NCBI GenBank assembly: GCA_031323845.1
Contig: JAVIYP010000002.1
Span: forward strand, 17,065 to 81,064
DNA from: Bacteroidales bacterium
GTDB lineage: Bacteria > Bacteroidota > Bacteroidia > Bacteroidales > UBA7960
Length of the DNA: 64,000 nt
Direction of reading: 5' to 3'
The notes beneath the pieces were generated by a model. It made no database searches. It was not told the DNA's origin and saw nothing but the letters and a program-made list of their open reading frames with translations. The translations under genes and the position numbers were made by a program. Below, piece by piece: positions 20,513 through 30,551 of this stretch. Position 1 is the stretch's first letter; each line of letters opens with the position of its first letter.

Positions 20513-21181
20513 TTACTCGGCTTTATCTGCCGGCTTATCCTGTTCTTCGGTGTTCTCCGGCTCTTCAGCTTTTTCCGGCTCTTCCGGCTTATCTTGCGCT
20601 TCGGCTACCTGATCTGGTTTTTCTTCCGTTGCGGCTTCCTCTTCTGCAGTGGCTTCCGTGGCTTCTGCAACAGCACCTTCTTCAGCCTCTTCCGCGAGTT
20701 TTTCTTCGACCTTCAGATTTTCTTTTGCACGTTTTTTTGCAAGTTCAGCAGCGCGGGCTTCATTTACCTTGCGTTCTTCTTCGAGGACCAATTTTGCTTT
20801 TTCCTTTTTGGAAAGCATGTCATCTTTTTTCGCCTGCTCTACTTTCTCTTGCTTTTCCTTGAGCCATGCCTGGAATTTTACTTCCGCCTGCTCTTCTGTC
20901 ATAGCTCCTTTTTTAACGCCTTTCAGCAGGTGATGCTTAAGCATTACGCCCTGGTTCGAGAGTATGCTGCGCGCAGTATCTGTGGGTTGAGCCCCTGTTT
21001 GCACCCAGTAAAGTGAGCGTTCAAAATTAATTGAAATGGTAGAGGGGTGCGTCATGGGGTTATAAGTGCCAAGTTTCTCAATGAATCTTCCGTCCCGGGG
21101 TGCACGACCATCCGCTACTACCAAGTGATAAAAAGGTTGTCCCTTTTTACCGTGTCTCTGTAGTCTGATCTTTGTTGGCAT
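20513..21181 (-). CDS. rpsP: 30S ribosomal protein S16 with a long Lys/Glu/Ala-rich C-terminal extension
   Basis: N-terminus [42 protein letters not shown] is canonical S16. About 130 additional low-complexity residues follow. Confidence 0.93.
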   Translation of the reverse strand: MPTKIRLQRHGKKGQPFYHLVVADGRAPRDGRFIEKLGTYNPMTHPSTISINFERSLYWVQTGAQPTDTARSILSNQGVMLKHHLLKGVKKGAMTEEQAEVKFQAWLKEKQEKVEQAKKDDMLSKKEKAKLVLEEERKVNEARAAELAKKRAKENLKVEEKLAEEAEEGAVAEATEATAEEEAATEEKPDQVAEAQDKPEEPEKAEEPENTEEQDKPADKAE

Positions 21182-21332
21182 TGTTGTTTGTTTTAATGAT
21201 AATAATTAATAACGTGTTTTTTTGAGGGTGCAAATATCGTTCTTTTTTCTTGAATAAAAAAATAAAACTGACCGAAAATCAGGTTTGGGATAAGAAGTTT
21301 TTCCCTAATTTTATTGTTTAAAAAACCTGTTC

Positions 21333-24300
21333 ATGACAATTCCCGACTTCACTCATTTACACGTACATACGCAATATTCTATTCTGGATGGAGCTTCGGC
21401 CATAGAACCTCTTATCAGAAAAGCTGCCGAAGATGGCATGAAGGCACTTGCCATTACCGACCACGGAAATATGTACGGAGTTCTTGAGTTTATCAATACT
21501 GCTGTACACCATAAAGTCAAGCCTATTATTGGTTGTGAGATGTATGTTACTGATGGCAGCCGGTTTGAGCGGAAGGGCAGGGAAGACAGGAGCGGCTATC
21601 ATATGATCTTGCTCGCTAAAAACCTGCAGGGTTACAAAAACCTCTCACGTTTATGCTCACTGGGTTACCTTGAGGGCTTTTACTATACTCCTCGCATTGA
21701 TAAGGAGTTGTTATTCAGGTATCATGAGGGTCTCATTGCCACATCGGCCTGTTTGGGAGGCGAGATCCCGCAAACCATCATGAACAAAGGAGAGGAGGCT
21801 GCCGAGCTGATTCTTGAACAATACCTGGATGTCTTTGGTGATGATTTTTACCTGGAGCTGCAGCGGCACGGGCTTGAAGAGCAGGAGCCTGTGAACCGGT
21901 CGCTGATCCGTATGGCCGGTAAGTTTAACGTTCCCCTGATCGCTTCGAACGATGTCCACTACATCAATGCCGAAGATGCCAGGGCGCACGACATCCTGAT
22001 CTGTCTGCAGACGGGTCGTGACCTGGACGACAATACCAGGATGCGCTATTCGGGGCAGGAATACCTGAAGACCCGCAAAGAAATGGCCGACCTGTTTTCG
22101 GACGTTCCGGAGGCACTTTCGGGCACCATGGCGATTGCTGATAAAATTGAGGAATATTCGATCAGGGCAAAGCAGGTCATGCTGCCCAACTTCCCGCTGG
22201 CCGAAGGTTTTGAATCGGAGGATGATTACCTGAGGCATCTCAGCTACCAGGGAGCGGCGAAACGTTATCCCAAAATAACGGAGGAAATCAGCGAACGGCT
22301 CGACTATGAGCTAAAGGTGATCAAGGAGATGGGGTTTGCCGGCTATTTTCTGATTGTGCAGGACTTTATCAACGAAGCACGCCAGCTGGGCGTTGCCGTC
22401 GGACCCGGAAGGGGCAGTGCTGCCGGATCGGCCATAGCCTACTGCACCGGCATTACCGACATTGACCCCATAAAATACAACCTGCTTTTTGAACGCTTTC
22501 TGAATCCGGAAAGGATCTCTATGCCGGATATTGATATTGATTTTGATGATGAAGGACGTGAAAAAGTCATACAATATGTGATAGACAAATATGGCCGTGA
22601 TAAGGTCGCACAGATTGTGACTTTTGGCACTATGGCCGCCCGTTCAAGCATCCGCGATGTTGCCAGGGTCCTTAAGCTGCCCCTGCCGGAGGCCGACAGG
22701 CTGGCCAAACTGGTGCCGGAACGTCCCGGTGTTTCGCTTAAAGATGCATACAAGGAAATACCCGAGTTGAACCAGGCCCTGACACAAGGTTCACCGGAAG
22801 TCAGGGAAACCCTTGAACTGGCCAGGAGTCTCGAAGGTTCTTGCCGGCAAACAGGTGTGCACGCCTGCGGTGTAATCATCGGGCCGACAAACCTGGTGGA
22901 TTGCCTTCCGCTCAGCACTCAAAAAGATACCGACCTTCCGGTAACTCAATATGAAGGAAAAAACGTTGAGTCGGTGGGCATGCTGAAGATGGACTTTCTT
23001 GGTCTCAAAACCCTGTCCATCATTAAAGAAACGCTCCGGAACATAGAAAAGAGGTATGGCAGCAAGATTGACATCGACAACATTCCGCTGGATGACGAAA
23101 ACACCTATGCCCTGTATCAAAGGGGAGACACCGTTGGTACGTTTCAGTTCGAATCGCAGGGAATGCGCGAATACCTGAAGGAGTTGAAACCTTCCAACAT
23201 CGAAGACCTCATTGCCATGAATGCCCTCTACCGGCCAGGACCCATGGGCTTTATCCCGCTGTATATCAAGCGCAAACACGGGCAGCAACCGGTCGAATAC
23301 CCGCACCCCTGGCTGGAAGAAATTCTGAAACCCACCTACGGCATCATGGTTTACCAGGAGCAAATCATGGAAGCAGCCAGGATCATGGCCGGATTTACAC
23401 TGGGAAATGCGGATATCCTGAGAAGGGCTATGGGTAAGAAGAAAAAGCAGGAGATGGATCACCAGAAAGCTCACTTTGTTGAAGGGGCCATTAGCAAAGG
23501 CATCAAGAAAGGAACCGCCGAAAAGATTTTTGAAGTCATTCAACGCTTTGCTGAATACGGCTTTAACCGTTCACACTCAGCAGCATATTCTGTGGTTGCT
23601 TACAGAACTGCCTATCTTAAGGCCAATTATACCCCTGAGTTTATGGCCGCTGTGCTTACACACAACTTCAGCGATATCAAAAAGATCACCCAAATGATGG
23701 AAGAGTGCCAGCGCCAGCAAATTCCGGTGCTTGGCCCTGATGTCAACGAAAGTACCTTCAACTTTGTGGTTAATGATAAAGGGGAAATCCGTTTCGGGCT
23801 GGGTGCCATAAAAGGCGTTGGAGAGGGTGCCGTTGAAAATATTGTAGAAGAACGCGAAACCAATGGTCCTTTCAAAAACATCTTTGACTTTGCCAAACGG
23901 GTTAACCTGCGAAGCGTAAATAAAAAGGTCTTTGAATCGCTGGCAAAAGCAGGTGCATTTGATTGTTTTGCAGGATGTCACCGCGCCCAGTTTTTTTATA
24001 CTGAGGATAATGGAGCCAGCACCTTTATTGATAAGATCATCAGGCATACCAACAATGTGCTGGCACGCGAAAATACGTCGCAAATGAACTTGTTTGAGGA
24101 CACTGCAGAGGTCGTTCTTCCCGACCCTGAATTACCCCAGTGCACTCCCTGGAGCGTCATAGAAGTGCTTCAGCAGGAAAAAGAAGTAACGGGGATGTAT
24201 ATTTCCGGTCATCCGCTCGACAATTACAAAATACACATCAAGAGCTATTGCAATACAGCAATTGGTGAACTGAGAAACCTGCATGCTTTGGGTAACAAAG

Positions 24301-24797
24301 AACTGGTCTTTGCAGGCATCATAAGCAATGCCGTGCATAAATACACCAAAAACGGCAGTCCCTATGCCAGCTTTCAGATTGAAGACTATTCAGACTCTTA
24401 TCAGCTGTTTCTTTTTGCAGAAGATTATCTGAAATTCAAACACTTTCTTGAGTCACAAAATGGGGTGATGATCAGGGCGAACCTGCAGGTCAACAGACGC
24501 AATCCGGCCCAGCTCGACATACGAATCAAAAGCATCAGCCTGTTAAGTGAACTGGTGGACCTGAAAAGCGCAGAGCTTTTGCTGCAAATACCGGTAGCCG
24601 ATGTTGACGAAAAGTTTGTAAGCATCATGCACAAGCTGGCCAAAAAGCACAAAGGGAAAGCACGCCTGAAAATATCACTGCTGGATTCACTGGAACATTT
24701 TTCAGTGGATATGTTTTCGCGCAACACAAAAGTTGAAGCCGTAAGCTTTTTAAAAGAATTTTTGAAATATTACAATGTGGGATATCGTTTAAATTGA
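21333..24797 (+). CDS. dnaE: DNA polymerase III alpha subunit
   Basis: 1154 aa. PHP domain (FTHLHVHTQYSILDGA), polymerase core (MPDIDIDF) and an OB-fold C-terminus. Confidence 0.97.
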   Translation: MTIPDFTHLHVHTQYSILDGASAIEPLIRKAAEDGMKALAITDHGNMYGVLEFINTAVHHKVKPIIGCEMYVTDGSRFERKGREDRSGYHMILLAKNLQGYKNLSRLCSLGYLEGFYYTPRIDKELLFRYHEGLIATSACLGGEIPQTIMNKGEEAAELILEQYLDVFGDDFYLELQRHGLEEQEPVNRSLIRMAGKFNVPLIASNDVHYINAEDARAHDILICLQTGRDLDDNTRMRYSGQEYLKTRKEMADLFSDVPEALSGTMAIADKIEEYSIRAKQVMLPNFPLAEGFESEDDYLRHLSYQGAAKRYPKITEEISERLDYELKVIKEMGFAGYFLIVQDFINEARQLGVAVGPGRGSAAGSAIAYCTGITDIDPIKYNLLFERFLNPERISMPDIDIDFDDEGREKVIQYVIDKYGRDKVAQIVTFGTMAARSSIRDVARVLKLPLPEADRLAKLVPERPGVSLKDAYKEIPELNQALTQGSPEVRETLELARSLEGSCRQTGVHACGVIIGPTNLVDCLPLSTQKDTDLPVTQYEGKNVESVGMLKMDFLGLKTLSIIKETLRNIEKRYGSKIDIDNIPLDDENTYALYQRGDTVGTFQFESQGMREYLKELKPSNIEDLIAMNALYRPGPMGFIPLYIKRKHGQQPVEYPHPWLEEILKPTYGIMVYQEQIMEAARIMAGFTLGNADILRRAMGKKKKQEMDHQKAHFVEGAISKGIKKGTAEKIFEVIQRFAEYGFNRSHSAAYSVVAYRTAYLKANYTPEFMAAVLTHNFSDIKKITQMMEECQRQQIPVLGPDVNESTFNFVVNDKGEIRFGLGAIKGVGEGAVENIVEERETNGPFKNIFDFAKRVNLRSVNKKVFESLAKAGAFDCFAGCHRAQFFYTEDNGASTFIDKIIRHTNNVLARENTSQMNLFEDTAEVVLPDPELPQCTPWSVIEVLQQEKEVTGMYISGHPLDNYKIHIKSYCNTAIGELRNLHALGNKELVFAGIISNAVHKYTKNGSPYASFQIEDYSDSYQLFLFAEDYLKFKHFLESQNGVMIRANLQVNRRNPAQLDIRIKSISLLSELVDLKSAELLLQIPVADVDEKFVSIMHKLAKKHKGKARLKISLLDSLEHFSVDMFSRNTKVEAVSFLKEFLKYYNVGYRLN

Positions 24798-24871
24798 TGA
24801 TTATAATCATGACCATATCCACAAAAAAATGATACTTTTATATTCTTATTTTCAATTTAAATTTTGAAACT

Positions 24872-25189
24872 ATGGCAATGGAATTTACCGATTCGAATTT
24901 TGAAGAACTCGTTGTGAAATCAGACAAGCCTGTATTGGTTGACTTTTGGGCAGAATGGTGCGGTCCCTGCCGCATGGTGGCGCCTATTGTTTCTGAGATT
25001 TCCCAGGAATACGATGGCAGGGTGGTGGTAGGAAAGTGCGACGTCGACAGCAACCCTGATGTGGCCATGAAATATGGTATCCGCAACATTCCGACCATTC
25101 TGTTTTTTAAGGATGGAGAAATTGTGGATAAGCAGGTTGGTGCTGTCCCAAAATCCGTGCTGACGGATAAACTTGACAACTTGTTGTAG
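24872..25189 (+). CDS. trxA: Thioredoxin
   Basis: 105 aa with the WCGPC active site. Confidence 0.95.
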   Translation: MAMEFTDSNFEELVVKSDKPVLVDFWAEWCGPCRMVAPIVSEISQEYDGRVVVGKCDVDSNPDVAMKYGIRNIPTILFFKDGEIVDKQVGAVPKSVLTDKLDNLL

Positions 25190-25234
25190 TTTTTAGATGT
25201 CGGTGACCTTGTCGCTGCAAAAACCATAGTTCTT

Positions 25235-26170
25235 TTGATTAAACAAATTGATCCTGAAGTGCCGGGTCGCTTTGGCAACCTCGACTTCCTGGCCCGTCAG
25301 GTTGTAGAGGGTTTTATTACCGGCATGCATAAAAGTCCTTTTCACGGCTTTTCCGTTGAATTTGCCGAACACAGGATATACAACCCCGGGGAAAGCACCA
25401 GGCATATTGACTGGAAATTATTCGCCAGGACAGAAAAACTCTTTGTAAAACGATATGAAGAGGAAACGAATCTTCGTTGCCAGATCGTTATTGATACTTC
25501 TTCTTCCATGCATTTCAGGGGAGCCGGCCGCGACACAGCCGGAACTTCCTCAAAACTCGACTTTTCCATAGAGTGCGCCGCCGCTCTTATTTATCTGCTC
25601 AGAAAACAAAGAGATGCCGTGGGGCTGAGCCTCCTCTCCGATAAAACCGAGCTTCATACGGAGGCTAAGTCAAGCAGCGTCCATTATAAAATGCTTTATA
25701 CGCATCTTGATAAAATCTACAAAAAAAAGCAGCAGGCGCTCAATGTCACTACCAATACATCCGGGTTGCTGCATTTACTTGCCGAGAAGATACACAAGCG
25801 GTCGCTGGTGGTCATTTTTTCCGATATGATGGACAATCAGGCAAGTCCTGATGCCTTATTTTCAGCCCTTCAGCACCTTAAACATAACAAGCACGAGGTA
25901 ATCCTCTTCCATGTATATGAAAGGGAGCAGGAGCGGGATCTTTCATACAAAAGCAGGCCTTTCCGTTTTATTGATATGGAGACCGGAAAAAGTCTTCGTT
26001 TAAACCCTGCTGACATCAAGGATAAGTATGTGCAGAGCATGGCTGATTATTTCCATAATCTGCGCCTGAAATGTATGCAATATAAAATTGACTTTGTTCC
26101 CGGAGAAATCAATGAAGGCTATGAAAAAGTACTGATGGGTTTTCTCGTTAAGCGTGCCAAGCTCTATTAA
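25235..26170 (+). CDS. DUF58 domain-containing protein (second, orphan copy)
   Basis: HKSPFHGFSVEFAEHRIYNPGESTRHIDWKLFAR...VIDTSSSM parallels the DUF58 at 50282-51160. The only start that retains the conserved N-terminus is a TTG at 25235. Confidence 0.8.
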   Translation: MIKQIDPEVPGRFGNLDFLARQVVEGFITGMHKSPFHGFSVEFAEHRIYNPGESTRHIDWKLFARTEKLFVKRYEEETNLRCQIVIDTSSSMHFRGAGRDTAGTSSKLDFSIECAAALIYLLRKQRDAVGLSLLSDKTELHTEAKSSSVHYKMLYTHLDKIYKKKQQALNVTTNTSGLLHLLAEKIHKRSLVVIFSDMMDNQASPDALFSALQHLKHNKHEVILFHVYEREQERDLSYKSRPFRFIDMETGKSLRLNPADIKDKYVQSMADYFHNLRLKCMQYKIDFVPGEINEGYEKVLMGFLVKRAKLY

Positions 26171-26191
26171 CCGCCATCAAAAAAAAGAATT

Positions 26192-27142
26192 ATGGAACAT
26201 CCTGCCTTCCTTAACGTATTACCGCTGGTATACGCCCTTGGGCTTATTGTGGCTGCCTTGTTGATTTTGTGGGTCATCAGCCTGATATTTTTTCAGCGGC
26301 AAAGAGCGCGTGCCAGGCGGAAGATGCACAAAATGCTTGGTTTGATGACGATAAAAAACTCTCATGAGATCAAAGCTCTGAAAGAAAATGAGGAAAAGCT
26401 CAAAAACATCATTGACCTTATGAATGAAGGGTTAATACTCACTGGGCCTGATCATCAAATCATTTATGTGAACAAATGCGCATGTGGTCAACTCAAGCGA
26501 GGCGAGCAGGATATTCTTGGGAAAAAAATGTCAGCTTTTGCCGTTGGTCATCCGGAAGCTGCCAGGCTTGATGAGCTTCAGCAAAAAGCGCGCTCCGGGG
26601 CTACTTTCAGAGAAGAGTTTCATATGGTACGCGGTGATCAGGAGCTGTTCTGGGCCAGTCTTAGCTTTTCATTTCCCAGGGCATTGAAAGGCTTGAAAAA
26701 AGGGGCCATTATCGTGATGACAGAGGTTACTCAGCACATCCTGACGGAAGAAAAAATGAGGAAACTTACCAACAATCTTGTGCAAAAGGTACGTCAGCTT
26801 GATTGTGTATTTGACATGCAGCAAATGCTAAGTGAGACAGGCTCCGACAGTGATGCGGCGATTCGCAAAGCGTTAAAGATCATACCGCGCGGACTGCGGT
26901 ATGAAAGAGACATGCGTGTTGAGATTGTTTATCATAAAAAGGTTTATCAGTCACACGGGTACCAGCAGACCCAGTGGATCCACAAAACACCGATGAAATC
27001 CGGCCAATACCAGGTAGGACATATTGCTGTGAGTTATGTCGGTCCTCCGCCACCGAGGCACAGTCAGCCCTTTAAGATAGGAGAGAAGGTGTTGCTGAGA
27101 AACCTGGCCGACAAGCTGGTGAAAACCCTTGAAGCGGTTTAG
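26192..27142 (+). CDS. Membrane-anchored PAS-domain sensor protein without a recognisable output domain
   Basis: One N-terminal TM, a PAS-like segment (LKNIIDLMNEGLILTGPDHQIIYVNKCACGQL...) and a C-terminal GAF-like region. No HisKA/HATPase, GGDEF or HTH motif was seen. Confidence 0.6.
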   Translation: MEHPAFLNVLPLVYALGLIVAALLILWVISLIFFQRQRARARRKMHKMLGLMTIKNSHEIKALKENEEKLKNIIDLMNEGLILTGPDHQIIYVNKCACGQLKRGEQDILGKKMSAFAVGHPEAARLDELQQKARSGATFREEFHMVRGDQELFWASLSFSFPRALKGLKKGAIIVMTEVTQHILTEEKMRKLTNNLVQKVRQLDCVFDMQQMLSETGSDSDAAIRKALKIIPRGLRYERDMRVEIVYHKKVYQSHGYQQTQWIHKTPMKSGQYQVGHIAVSYVGPPPPRHSQPFKIGEKVLLRNLADKLVKTLEAV

Positions 27143-27180
27143 TGTTCCGTAGCCTGCCGTATTGGCTGTAATCAGGATTA

Positions 27181-28425
27181 TTACAGCACATTGACAATCT
27201 TGCCGGTTGCATATTCACCTTTATCCAGCTTTTCTTTAACCTTTGAGAAGGCTTCCAGCGTATATTCCACGTCTTCGAGTGTATGCATGGCTGTAGGGAT
27301 GAGTCTCAGTATGATCATGCCTTTTGGAATCACGGGGTAGGCCACGACGGAACAGAAGATATTAAAGTTTTCTCTGAGATCGTGCGTAAGGTTAGTCCCT
27401 TCGGGGGTGTCGCCGCTTAGGACTACCGGGGTAACAGGCGATTCGGTAAGACCGATGTTGAAGCCCCGTTTTACCAGTCCGTTTTGCAGGGCCCTGGTTA
27501 TGGTCCAAAGCTTTTCACGCAGTCCGGGATTATTGCGCATAAGTTCGAGGCGCTTCAGTGCTCCGGCCACAATGGGCATGGGCAGCGATTTTGCGTAGAT
27601 CTGGCTGCGCATATTGTACATAAGATAGGTGATCACTTCTTTTGGGCCGGCTACGAAAGCGCCGATAGAAGCCACAGCTTTGGCGAACGTTCCGAAGAAA
27701 ACATCGATTTCGTCCTGAACACCAAGATGTTCACCCGTGCCTGCGCCTGTTTTACCCATGGTACCGAAGCCGTGGGCATCGTCAACCAGCAGGCGGAAGT
27801 TAAATTCCTTTTTCATGGCAGCGATCTTGTCGAGCTTGCCAAGGTCGCCCGACATGCCAAAAACGCCTTCCGTGATCACCAGGATACCGCCACCGGTCTT
27901 ATCAGCCAGTATGCGGGCCCGTTCCAGCTGTTTCCGCAGGCTTTCCATGTTGTTATGCGGATATACAAACCGTTTCCCCAGGTGCATGCGTAACCCGTCA
28001 ATGATACAGGCGTGCGACTCTGAATCATAAACAACCACATCGTTTCTGTCAAGAAGGGCATCAATGATGGATACCATACCCTGATAGCCGTAATTCAGCA
28101 GGTAGGCTGACTCTTTGCCGACAAAGGCGGCCAATTCGTTTTCCAACTGCTCATGAAGATCCGTTTGTCCCGACATCATCCGGGCTCCCATAGGCAATGC
28201 CATGCCATATTGAGCGGTTGCACGGGTATCGGCTTCACGCACTTCAGGGTGGTTGGCGAGACCGAGGTAATTATTCAGACTCCAGACAAGACGCTCTTTC
28301 CCCTGAAATACCATTCTGTTGGAGATTTCTCCTTCGAGCTTGGGGAAGGTAAAGTAACCGTGGACCTGACTGGCATATTGACCCAGCGGGCCCAGTTTAT
28401 TGGTGGCTTTATTAAAGATATCCAT
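27181..28425 (-). CDS. Alpha-oxoamine synthase family PLP enzyme (serine palmitoyltransferase / KBL / BioF-like)
   Basis: 414 aa. Fold-type I; DDAHGFG and the PLP-lysine context GTFAKAVASIGAF. Confidence 0.8.
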   Translation of the reverse strand: MDIFNKATNKLGPLGQYASQVHGYFTFPKLEGEISNRMVFQGKERLVWSLNNYLGLANHPEVREADTRATAQYGMALPMGARMMSGQTDLHEQLENELAAFVGKESAYLLNYGYQGMVSIIDALLDRNDVVVYDSESHACIIDGLRMHLGKRFVYPHNNMESLRKQLERARILADKTGGGILVITEGVFGMSGDLGKLDKIAAMKKEFNFRLLVDDAHGFGTMGKTGAGTGEHLGVQDEIDVFFGTFAKAVASIGAFVAGPKEVITYLMYNMRSQIYAKSLPMPIVAGALKRLELMRNNPGLREKLWTITRALQNGLVKRGFNIGLTESPVTPVVLSGDTPEGTNLTHDLRENFNIFCSVVAYPVIPKGMIILRLIPTAMHTLEDVEYTLEAFSKVKEKLDKGEYATGKIVNVL

Positions 28426-28450
28426 AAACGGTGCTATTAATAATCAGGAG

Positions 28451-28458
28451 CAAATTTA
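28451..28458 (-). promoter_or_regulatory. -7 promoter box (TAAATTTG) upstream of the oxoamine synthase gene
   Basis: Perfect TAnnTTTG on the minus strand, 26 nt upstream of the ATG. It overlaps the uvrB stop codon. Confidence 0.4.
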
Positions 28459-30483
28459 CATGAATTTTTCTTTAAACACTTTTTCCAGTGCATACATTTC
28501 GTCCCTGTACCTCGCCGCTTCGATAAAATCAAGCTCTTTGGCGGCTTTTTCCATTTGTCTGCGGCTTTGGTTTATTGCTTTGCGCAGTTGATCCCTGCTC
28601 ATGTACTGCACCACAGGGTCTGCGGCAATATCAACGAATTCTTTCTCCCGGTAAACTTTTGGCTTACCCGGCCTGTCCACAACACTGGTCTGGCCATGAA
28701 TGGCTTCAACCGATTTCATGATCTGTGCCGGGGTGATGTTGTGCTCCTCGTTGTACTTCAGCTGCTTTTCTCTTTTTCTGTTGGTTTCGTCTATGGCAGC
28801 CTGCATAGATCTGGTGATGCGGTCAGCATACATGATCACCTTGCTGTTGATGTTTCTGGCTGCCCTGCCTGCAGTTTGTATCAGCGATCTTTCTGAACGA
28901 AGAAAGCCTTCATTGTCAGCATCCAGAATGGCTACCAGCGATACCTCCGGCAGATCCAGACCCTCACGGAGCAAGTTTACACCGATCAGCACATCAAAAT
29001 TGCCAAGCCTTAAATCCCGGAGAATCTCAACCCTTTCAAGTGTGTCTACCTCAGAATGAATATACTGACACCTTATGCCGGCTTTGGCCAGGTATTTTGT
29101 CAGTTCTTCCGCCATTCGTTTTGTCAGCGTGGTAACCAGCACCCGTTCCGTGGCCATGGTTCTTTGGTTGATTTCTTCGAGCAGGTCATCCACCTGATTG
29201 ATGACGGGCCTGACCTCAATGGGAGGTTCAAGCAGGCCTGTTGGCCTGATCAGCTGTTCCACAACCACACCTTCGCTTTGTTTTAACTCATAATCTGCAG
29301 GTGTTGCGCTGATAAAGATCACCTGGTTCATCAGCGATTCGAACTCGGCAAACTTAAGAGGTCTGTTGTCCAGGGCGGCAGGAAGGCGGAAACCATAGTC
29401 TACGAGGTTCTTTTTCCTTGAGAAATCACCTCCATACATTGCGTGGACCTGGGATATGGTAACATGGCTTTCATCAACAACCATAAGATAGTCCTCAGGA
29501 AAATAATCCAGCAGGCAGAAAGGCCTGGAACCCGGTTTGCGGCCATCAAAGTATCTCGAGTAGTTCTCTATACCGGGGCAATAACCCAGTTCGCGCATCA
29601 TTTCCATGTCGTAGTTGACGCGGTCTTCCAGCCTGCTTGCTTCCATCTCTTTACCCTGGTTGCGAAGAAAAGCTGATTGCTCCACAAGATCATCCTGGAT
29701 TTCCCTGATGGCGGCATTCATGCGCTCCTGAGAGGTCACAAAAATATTGGCGGGATAAATGGTAAGGTGATTGTAACGTTCAAAGGTCTTTCCGCTTTGC
29801 GGATTAAATGATTCAAGGCTTTCAATTTCATCACCCCAGAACGTGATGCGGTAGCCCACGTCGGCATAGGCCGGAAACACATCAACCGTGTCGCCCTGTA
29901 CCCTGAACGTGCCTCTTTTGAATTCAAGCCCTGAGCGGCTGTACAGACTGCCTACCAGGCGGTGTAACAGCTTATTGCGGCTGACCACCAGTCCTTCCGC
30001 AAGCTGTATGATGTTTTCATGGAAATCATCCGGGTTACCGATGCCGTAAATACAGGAAACAGAGCTCACCACGATGACGTCCCTGCGGCCCGACAACAAA
30101 GCACTTGAGGCGCTTAACCTGAGTTTTTCGATTTCATCATTGACAGACAGATCCTTCTCAATATAGGTGTTGGTGGTAGGTAAGTAAGCTTCGGGCTGAT
30201 AATAGTCGTAATAGGAAACGAAATACTCAACGGCGTTTTCAGGAAAAAAACTTTTAAACTCACCATACAGCTGGGCAGCCAGGGTTTTGTTGTGGCTCAG
30301 CACGAGTGTTGGCCGCTGCACCTGTTCAATGACGTTGGCCACGGTAAACGTTTTTCCTGAACCGGTAACACCAAGCAGCGTCTGGAAGGGAACGCCGTCT
30401 TTGATCCCGCGTGTAAGCTGTTCAATGGCATCCGGCTGGTCGCCGGTAGGGGTGAAGTCGGATATAAGCTTAAACAGAGCCAT
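28456..30483 (-). CDS. uvrB: Excinuclease ABC subunit B
   Basis: 675 aa. Walker A GVTGSGKTFTVA, helicase motifs, and a C-terminal UVR domain (FIEAARYRDEMYALE). Confidence 0.97.
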   Translation of the reverse strand: MALFKLISDFTPTGDQPDAIEQLTRGIKDGVPFQTLLGVTGSGKTFTVANVIEQVQRPTLVLSHNKTLAAQLYGEFKSFFPENAVEYFVSYYDYYQPEAYLPTTNTYIEKDLSVNDEIEKLRLSASSALLSGRRDVIVVSSVSCIYGIGNPDDFHENIIQLAEGLVVSRNKLLHRLVGSLYSRSGLEFKRGTFRVQGDTVDVFPAYADVGYRITFWGDEIESLESFNPQSGKTFERYNHLTIYPANIFVTSQERMNAAIREIQDDLVEQSAFLRNQGKEMEASRLEDRVNYDMEMMRELGYCPGIENYSRYFDGRKPGSRPFCLLDYFPEDYLMVVDESHVTISQVHAMYGGDFSRKKNLVDYGFRLPAALDNRPLKFAEFESLMNQVIFISATPADYELKQSEGVVVEQLIRPTGLLEPPIEVRPVINQVDDLLEEINQRTMATERVLVTTLTKRMAEELTKYLAKAGIRCQYIHSEVDTLERVEILRDLRLGNFDVLIGVNLLREGLDLPEVSLVAILDADNEGFLRSERSLIQTAGRAARNINSKVIMYADRITRSMQAAIDETNRKREKQLKYNEEHNITPAQIMKSVEAIHGQTSVVDRPGKPKVYREKEFVDIAADPVVQYMSRDQLRKAINQSRRQMEKAAKELDFIEAARYRDEMYALEKVFKEKFM

Positions 30484-30551
30484 ACAATGATTCCCTGATA
30501 ACTAATTCGGAACAGCAGCCGGGACAAACCGGGAATGCCCTCGGTGGCCGG

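Noticed and set aside
20390-21016. 208-aa Phe/Leu-rich ORF opposite rpsP.
   Set aside because: It is the mirror image of the GAA/AAG-rich S16 tail (TTC/CTT codons), so it is an artefact of low-complexity coding sequence.
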